Source: Candidatus Rariloculaceae bacterium
Lineage (GTDB): Bacteria; Pseudomonadota; Gammaproteobacteria; Steroidobacterales; Rariloculaceae
Length of the DNA: 64,000 nt
NCBI GenBank assembly: GCA_965221035.1
Contig: OZ244860.1
Coordinates: forward strand, 992,687 to 1,056,686
Direction: 5' to 3'
Position 1 is the first letter of the stretch. Each line of letters begins with the position of its first letter. The notes beneath the pieces are model-generated. The model searched no databases, was not told where the DNA came from, and saw only the letters and a list, made by a program, of their open reading frames with translations. The translations under genes and the position numbers were made by a program. Shown piece after piece: positions 58,162-64,000 of the stretch.

Positions 58162-58339
58162 GACCACTTCTCCCTTGTTTTGCTTGTTCAACCGCGACCG
58201 TCCCGTTTCGGTAGGGACGGCGAAAACGAAGCCGCTGCAGGCACCCGGTCCGTGACAGGAGCCCCGCGTCAATCGCCTCTGGCGGCTAGAGTATCATGCG
58301 ATATTCCGTCGGTAAGATTACGGCGAATTCAGCCAGATC

Positions 58340-58771
58340 ATGTCTCGCAACGAAGCGCCTTCCGCAAGCCTTCTGCTCCGCGCCGCCGCAATCTTCTACG
58401 ACTTGCTGCTGTTCGCGGGACTGGCCATGGTATTGACGCTATTGCTGATCATGGCGCGCGGCGGCGAGGCCATTCCACCGGAGTCGTGGTGGTACAGGAC
58501 CTTGCTCCTGGGCGCGAATTTCGCCTACTTCGGCTCGTCCTGGACCCGCGGCGGTCAATCCCCCGGCGCCCGGGCCTGGAGATTGCGTGTTGCCGACCGG
58601 GGCGGCGACAACTTGAGCTGGCGCCAGGCGGCGCTTCGGTATGGTTCCGCCTGGCTGCTGCTGCTGCCGCCGGGATTGGGATTCCTGTGGGCCTGGTGGG
58701 ACCGTGACGGTCTGTGCTGGCATGACAGGCTCTCCGGTTCCCGGGTGATCCGCTTGCCGCCGCACCGCTAA
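58340..58771 (+). CDS. RDD family membrane protein
   Basis: 143 aa. R..A...D.LL... TM segments, GQSPGARAWRLRV and WHDRLSG are typical of the RDD family. Confidence 0.7.
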   Translation: MSRNEAPSASLLLRAAAIFYDLLLFAGLAMVLTLLLIMARGGEAIPPESWWYRTLLLGANFAYFGSSWTRGGQSPGARAWRLRVADRGGDNLSWRQAALRYGSAWLLLLPPGLGFLWAWWDRDGLCWHDRLSGSRVIRLPPHR

Positions 58772-58804
58772 CCGGGTCCCCTCCGGACCGTACGGGCGAA
58801 GTTC

Positions 58805-59878
58805 CTATCGAACCCTTGAAAGCGCCAGCACGTTGACCAGCGCCAGGGCGGCCGCAGGCAACCAGGCGACGACACGCGGGTCCAGATCGAACACCTGGCC
58901 GCTGTTGGCGAAGACCTGCGCCGTGACGTAGTAGGCCAGCCCGATCAACAGGCCGATGAGGACCCGTACCCCCGTCCCCGACGATCCCATGGCGCCGAGA
59001 ACGAACGGCAGCGCCAACAGCGTCATCAGCGGCACCGACACGATGTCCGCCATGCGCGACCAGAAGGCGATCAGATAGGCGGTCGCGTCCAGGTCGTTCG
59101 CCCGCAGATAGGCGACATAGCGCATCAGTCCGTTGGTATCCAGTAGATCGTGCCGAATGACCGAGAACTCCAGCAGGTCCTGGTTGAGGCCATAGTCCTT
59201 GACGATCTGGCGCGCCGCGTTGGCGGTCACGCCGGCTGGACCCTCAAAAACCGTCTCCGCGTAATTCTCGAGAATCCAGCGGTTGCTTTCGTCGATGGCG
59301 GTGGTATCGGCGTGCGCGACGTGAGTCAACCCGCGATCACCACCCAGTTCGAACAGGTACACACCGCCGTAGCCGAAACCGTCCGCTTCCCGATGCAGGT
59401 TGACAATCCTGTCGCCGCTCTTCAGCCAGGTCGAGGAACTGCCCGACGCCACCTCGTCCGTATTCAAAAGTGCCCGAGCCCGCATGTCCCGGGCGTAGAC
59501 GCTCATGGACGGGGCCAACGATTCGCCCAGCAGGGCCGTGACGACCATCAATACCGCACCGGCCGCCGCGACCGACGCCATGAGGCGTGCGCGGGAAACG
59601 CCGCTGGTGCGCATCACCACCAGTTCGCGCTGCACTGCGAGATTGCCCAGGCCAAGCAAGGCGCCGATCAGGGCGGCGGCCGGCATCAACCGCACCAACA
59701 GGCGGGGTATGCGCAGCGCCACGAAGGCCAATGCGTCGCCGACCGAGTACTGTGCGGTCCCGACGTCGGGCAACTGGCCCATGAATTCGAATACCGTGCC
59801 CACGGAGATCAGCACGGCGAGCACCAGAAAAACACCCTTGAGCACGGCCACGGCGACGTAGCGATCCAGTACGTTCAT
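58805..59878 (-). CDS. lptG: LPS export ABC transporter permease LptG
   Basis: MNVLDRYVAVAVLKGVFLVLAVL... YjgP/YjgQ family, directly downstream of lptF with an ATGA overlap. Start set at ATG 59878. Confidence 0.9.
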   Translation of the reverse strand: MNVLDRYVAVAVLKGVFLVLAVLISVGTVFEFMGQLPDVGTAQYSVGDALAFVALRIPRLLVRLMPAAALIGALLGLGNLAVQRELVVMRTSGVSRARLMASVAAAGAVLMVVTALLGESLAPSMSVYARDMRARALLNTDEVASGSSSTWLKSGDRIVNLHREADGFGYGGVYLFELGGDRGLTHVAHADTTAIDESNRWILENYAETVFEGPAGVTANAARQIVKDYGLNQDLLEFSVIRHDLLDTNGLMRYVAYLRANDLDATAYLIAFWSRMADIVSVPLMTLLALPFVLGAMGSSGTGVRVLIGLLIGLAYYVTAQVFANSGQVFDLDPRVVAWLPAAALALVNVLALSRVR

Positions 59879-60972
59879 GCCGGAGCGGCTCCCGCCGACG
59901 TCACGGCGCCGCCCCGCTTGAACCATCCCGACTGGCGGCCCAGCAGCACGATTCCCAGCGCACCGAGCAGCAGGTGCACCCACCAGACGCCCAGCCAATA
60001 CGGAACCTGTTCGCGCTCGACCCAGGCCCGTGCGATGGACAGCAGGTTGAGATAGGTGATGTATACGAGGATACCCGCGCCGAGGCGCGCGTAGCGGCCG
60101 TCCCTGGGACGCGACCGACTCAGAGGCACGGCGAGCAGAGCCAGCACGAACAGCGACACCGGGGACGAGATCCGCCACTGTAGTTCCGCGCGATCGGCGG
60201 AATCGGAGGAACTCGCCAGGGCCGCCAGCGACTTCGTCGCCACCGGCTGCTCCCCGTCGCCGCGCTCGAGTTGACGGACGGGCATTCCATGTTCGGCAAA
60301 TTCCACGATTCTGAAATTTCGCTCCCCGGGCACGCCCTCATAGCGGCGTCCGTCGTAGAGCACAAAGGACAACTGGCCGTCCGCTTCAAGCCGCCGTTCT
60401 CCCCGGTCCGCCAGGATGACCACCACGCGGCCGCCGTCGTTCCGCTGGATGAAGACATCGTGAATCTCGTTGCCGGTCACTTCCTGAGCGTAAACGATCG
60501 TCCTGCCGGAGTCCGGACTGTTGAAAGCCCCGGCTTCCAGCACCCCGATCTCCAGCGATTCCCGGGCCTGCAGACGAATCTGCTCCACCTGGCGGGACGC
60601 CTCCGGCGTACCGACCAGGGACAACCACGCCACCAGCGCCGAGAGAACCACGGTCAGCAGTCCTATCGGTACCAGGAGGCGGGCGGGCCCCACTCCGCAG
60701 GATTCAAGCGCCACCATTTCCGAATCCCGGTTCATGCGGGCCAGGGACAGCAGTATGCCCAGAAACAGGCCGATCGGCGCGAGCCAGGTGATGTACTGAA
60801 GGGACGTGAGGCCCAGGACCGCGAACACGGCGCTGCTCGGCAGTTCGTTGCCGGCGGCGTCGTCAAGCGTCTCGGCGAGCTGATTGCTCATGAAGATCAC
60901 GATGAGGACGGTGGTCACGATCAACCACGAGGAGAACGTTTCTCGGAGGACGTAGCGGGAAATCAGGTGCAC
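59875..60972 (-). CDS. lptF: LPS export ABC transporter permease LptF
   Basis: HLISRYVLRETFSSWLIVT... YjgP/YjgQ family, divergent from pepA as in E. coli. GTG start. Confidence 0.9.
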   Translation of the reverse strand: MHLISRYVLRETFSSWLIVTTVLIVIFMSNQLAETLDDAAGNELPSSAVFAVLGLTSLQYITWLAPIGLFLGILLSLARMNRDSEMVALESCGVGPARLLVPIGLLTVVLSALVAWLSLVGTPEASRQVEQIRLQARESLEIGVLEAGAFNSPDSGRTIVYAQEVTGNEIHDVFIQRNDGGRVVVILADRGERRLEADGQLSFVLYDGRRYEGVPGERNFRIVEFAEHGMPVRQLERGDGEQPVATKSLAALASSSDSADRAELQWRISSPVSLFVLALLAVPLSRSRPRDGRYARLGAGILVYITYLNLLSIARAWVEREQVPYWLGVWWVHLLLGALGIVLLGRQSGWFKRGGAVTSAGAAPA

Positions 60973-61128
60973 GGCGGAACGGGTTCAAAGTGACTGGGGC
61001 AACGAGTACACTTAGCGCGCCTTCGGGCGGCCTTTCAAAACGATAGCATAACCCCGCGTCAGGGCGGCGGGCAGATCGCGTTCATTGTGCGTCCGTTCCC
61101 CTGCCCCCGACGCTCTGGAGAAGTTGAC

Positions 61129-62613
61129 ATGCGGTATTCCGTCACGACAGTTTCGCCAACCGTTGAAAAGACCGGTTGCGCGATCCTGCCCCTGTTCGAG
61201 AACGACATGCCGGCGGCCACCCGGGCCGTGGACGACAGCTCCGGCGGTGCGCTGAGCCGTCTGCTGGAAACCGGCGACGCGTCCGCGAAGCCGGGGCGGA
61301 CGCTTCTGTTGCCGGGGCTTGACGGAACCAGTGCGGAACGGGTGCTGCTGGTGGGCTGCGGCGAGCAAGACGGGTTCGACGCGAAGGCGCTGAATCGGGC
61401 CGTTGCCTCCGCGACAGCCACGTTGAATCGAACCGGCGTCAAGGATGCCGTGAGCTACCTCTGCCATGGCGGCGCGCGCGGCGTGGACGCCTACCACGCC
61501 GCGCGAATCTCCGTCGCGGCCGCTGACAGCGCCCTGTATCGTTTCGACGAACTCAAGAGCGATGCGCCGAAACCCGGGGTTCTGGCCCAGTTCACGGTCG
61601 CGGTGGCCTCACCCGAAGAAGCGGCCGAGGCCGAACGGGGAGCAAGGGATGCCCAGGCCATCGCCGCGGGTGTCAGGTTGGCCCGGGACCTGGGCAATCG
61701 ACCGCCGAACGTCTGCACTCCCTCCCACCTGGCCGATGAAGCCCGTGCGCTGGCCGACCGGTACGAGCAAGTGGAAACCGAGGTCATGGACGAGGACGAC
61801 ATGCGGCGGCTGGGCATGGGCGCGCTGCTCTCGGTGACGCACGGGGCCGAGGAACCGGCCCGCCTGATCGTCATGCACTATCGGGGCACGGGCGACGATG
61901 TCGCGCCGGTGGCGATCTGCGGCAAGGGCATCACCTTCGACACCGGAGGAATCTCCCTGAAACCGTCCGCCAAGATGGACGAAATGAAGTTCGACATGTG
62001 CGGCGCCGCCAGCGTGATCGGTACCATGGCCGCGCTTGGCGAACTGCAGCCGCGGATCAACGTCGTCGGCATCGTGCCCGCCTGCGAGAACATGCCGGGC
62101 GGGCGGGCCACCCGGCCCGGGGATATCGTCACCAGCATGTCGGGTAAGACCGTGGAAGTCCTCAACACCGACGCCGAGGGCCGATTGATCCTCTGCGACG
62201 CGCTGACCTACGCCTCCCGATACGAACCCCGCTGCCTGCTGGACGTGGCGACCCTGACGGGCGCCTGCGTCGTCGCCCTCGGCCATCTGTACACGGGCCT
62301 GTTTTCCAACGACGAGGAACTTGCCGCGAACCTGCTGGACGCCGGCAAGCGATCCCTGGATCCCGCGTGGCGCCTGCCCGCGGATGACGAATACGGCGAA
62401 GGGATGCGAAGCAATTTTGCGGATTTCGCCAATATCGGAGGCCGTTACGCCGGCGCCAGCATCGCTGCGCAATTCCTGTCCCGGTTCGTCGACGGCAAGC
62501 CATGGGCGCACCTGGACATTGCCGGCGCCGCCTGGCATTCGTCCGGAAAACGCAAGGGCGCGACGGGCCGGCCGGTGCCACTGCTGGTGGACTTCCTGCT
62601 CAACCTGCAATGA
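61129..62613 (+). CDS. pepA: leucyl aminopeptidase
   Basis: M17 signature NTDAEGRLILCDALTY and KGITFDTGGISLKP. Start set at ATG 61129 (GGAG Shine-Dalgarno). Confidence 0.9.
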   Translation: MRYSVTTVSPTVEKTGCAILPLFENDMPAATRAVDDSSGGALSRLLETGDASAKPGRTLLLPGLDGTSAERVLLVGCGEQDGFDAKALNRAVASATATLNRTGVKDAVSYLCHGGARGVDAYHAARISVAAADSALYRFDELKSDAPKPGVLAQFTVAVASPEEAAEAERGARDAQAIAAGVRLARDLGNRPPNVCTPSHLADEARALADRYEQVETEVMDEDDMRRLGMGALLSVTHGAEEPARLIVMHYRGTGDDVAPVAICGKGITFDTGGISLKPSAKMDEMKFDMCGAASVIGTMAALGELQPRINVVGIVPACENMPGGRATRPGDIVTSMSGKTVEVLNTDAEGRLILCDALTYASRYEPRCLLDVATLTGACVVALGHLYTGLFSNDEELAANLLDAGKRSLDPAWRLPADDEYGEGMRSNFADFANIGGRYAGASIAAQFLSRFVDGKPWAHLDIAGAAWHSSGKRKGATGRPVPLLVDFLLNLQ

Positions 62614-62662
62614 CGGGGCGCCAGGACCGCAGCCAGCGCACCACCGCCCGGACCAGCACATC

Positions 62663-63121
62663 GTGACCCGGATCGATTTCTACATCCTGACGACCGACGG
62701 CCTCGACTCAAGGCTGCGGATCGCCTGCCGAATCGCGCAGAAGGCCGTGCAACGCCGGCATCATGTGTTCGTCAACGCGGCCGGCGAAGCCGACGCCGAC
62801 AGGCTGGACGACCTGCTCTGGACGTTCTCGCAAGGCAGCTTTATTCCCCACCTGGTCGCCGGACGGGGGTTGCCGGCGGACGGCGACGAACCGGTGGTGA
62901 TCGGCACGTTCGATCCGGACGCCGCCGATGATCCGCCCGCCGAGGCGGGCGAACAGTGGGACGTCCTGATCAACCTGGCCGGAGATGTGCCGGGATTCTT
63001 CAGCCGTTACGCCCGGGTCGCCGAAATCGTCGATGCCGATCCGGACCGCAGGAAACAGGGACGCCGGCGCTACCGCTACTACCAGGACCGCGGCTACGAA
63101 CTTGAGACGCATCGCCTCTGA
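62663..63121 (+). CDS. holC: DNA polymerase III subunit chi
   Basis: IDFYIL......RL..ACR.A.KA......V.V.......A..LDDLLWTF....FIPH. Positioned between pepA and valS as in E. coli. GTG start 62663 is tentative. Confidence 0.8.
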   Translation: MTRIDFYILTTDGLDSRLRIACRIAQKAVQRRHHVFVNAAGEADADRLDDLLWTFSQGSFIPHLVAGRGLPADGDEPVVIGTFDPDAADDPPAEAGEQWDVLINLAGDVPGFFSRYARVAEIVDADPDRRKQGRRRYRYYQDRGYELETHRL

Positions 63122-63128
63122 CACCGTC

Positions 63129-64000
63129 ATGAACGACTCCCGAAAAGGCTATCAGCCCGACGAAATCGAGCGACGTCATTACCGGCGCTGGGAGCAATCG
63201 GGTTACTTCCGCCCCGGCGGGAAGGGCGAGAGCTACTGCATCGTGATCCCTCCGCCCAACGTGACCGGCACCGTCCACATGGGCCACGCGTTCCAGTACA
63301 CCATCATGGACGCCCTGATCCGCTATCACCGCATGTGCGGCGCCAATACGCTCTGGCAAATGGGAACCGACCATGCGGGCATCGCGACCCAGATGGTGGT
63401 CGAACGGCTGCTGGATGCCGAAGGCCGGTCGCGGCGCGAACTCGGACGGGAAGCCTTCTTGCGCCGGGTATGGGACTGGAAGGCGCAGTCCGGAGACACC
63501 ATCAGCAGGCAGATCCGGCGCCTGGGCGCCTCTGTGGACTGGTCCCGCGATCGATTCACGATGGACCCGGAGCTGTGCGAAGCGGTCACGGAGGTCTTCG
63601 TTCGTCTCCACGAGGAGGGGCTGATTTACCGGGGCAAGCGACTGGTCAACTGGGACCCTGTGCTGCATACGGCGATATCCGACCTGGAGGTGCTGGCCTC
63701 GGAGGAGGCGGGGAAGATCTGGCGCTTCCGGTACCCGCTGGCGGAAAGTGGCGCTCACCTGACCGTGGCTACCACCCGGCCCGAGACGATGCTGGGCGAT
63801 ACCGCTGTCGCGGTCCATCCCGATGACGAGCGCTATCGACGCTTCGTGGGCCAGGAAGTGCTCCTGCCCCTGGTCGGTCGCAGGATTCCGATCGTCGCCG
63901 ACGACTACGTGGACCCCGAGTTCGGCACCGGGTGCGTGAAGATCACTCCGGCTCACGACTTCAAAGACTTCCAGGTGGGGCAGCGCCACGGCCTTGCGGC
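63129..64000 (+). CDS. valS: valine--tRNA ligase (5' part; continues beyond window)
   Basis: [27 protein letters not shown]...[15 protein letters not shown]...[13 protein letters not shown] shows the class I HIGH region and ValS N-terminus. Confidence 0.95.
   Translation, partial: MNDSRKGYQPDEIERRHYRRWEQSGYFRPGGKGESYCIVIPPPNVTGTVHMGHAFQYTIMDALIRYHRMCGANTLWQMGTDHAGIATQMVVERLLDAEGRSRRELGREAFLRRVWDWKAQSGDTISRQIRRLGASVDWSRDRFTMDPELCEAVTEVFVRLHEEGLIYRGKRLVNWDPVLHTAISDLEVLASEEAGKIWRFRYPLAESGAHLTVATTRPETMLGDTAVAVHPDDERYRRFVGQEVLLPLVGRRIPIVADDYVDPEFGTGCVKITPAHDFKDFQVGQRHGLA

Overview
This is a GC-rich chromosome segment with gammaproteobacterial gene order, judged from synteny with E. coli blocks. 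Those blocks are nnr | tsaE-amiB-mutL-miaA-hfq-hflX-hflK-hflC-purA on the minus strand, queG divergent from nnr, pcnB-panB-panC, and lptG-lptF divergent from pepA-holC-valS.

The left third (1-22 kb) is accessory-looking metabolism and periplasmic proteins:
- creatininase-family, Gfo/Idh/MocA and split UxaA-type dehydratase genes
- two Cys-type sulfatases, a PrpD/MmgE protein and a DUF4159 protein
- three paralogous small secreted proteins with an HHS...NPH motif
- an ArsC-family gene with an in-frame TGA at the redox Cys position (candidate selenoprotein)
- hipBA next to tRNA-Ala
- a ThiF-like E1 / BNR-repeat / MoaD-ThiS-like (C-terminal GG) three-gene operon
- YceI and an Nramp transporter

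The main feature is an insertion of about 13.5 kb that splits the normally contiguous nnr|tsaE junction. Its core (37.2-47.2 kb) is visibly AT-richer than the backbone. It is one tightly overlapping plus-strand operon: Dcm m5C methyltransferase, Vsr, MutL/MORC-like GHKL ATPase, Z1-domain P-loop NTPase, PD-(D/E)XK protein, AIPR protein and DUF2971 protein. This is a composite modification plus defence island whose mechanism is uncharacterised. It is flanked on the right by an IS3-family fragment that was interrupted by a 5'-truncated IS21-family element (istA remnant plus istB).

Two tRNAs were found, Ala-CGC and Glu-CUC. I saw no rRNA, CRISPR array or prophage. Many long ORFs in the track are antisense shadow ORFs typical of high-GC DNA. 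The track prints M for GTG/TTG starts, so several start coordinates are re-assigned here and remain uncertain.
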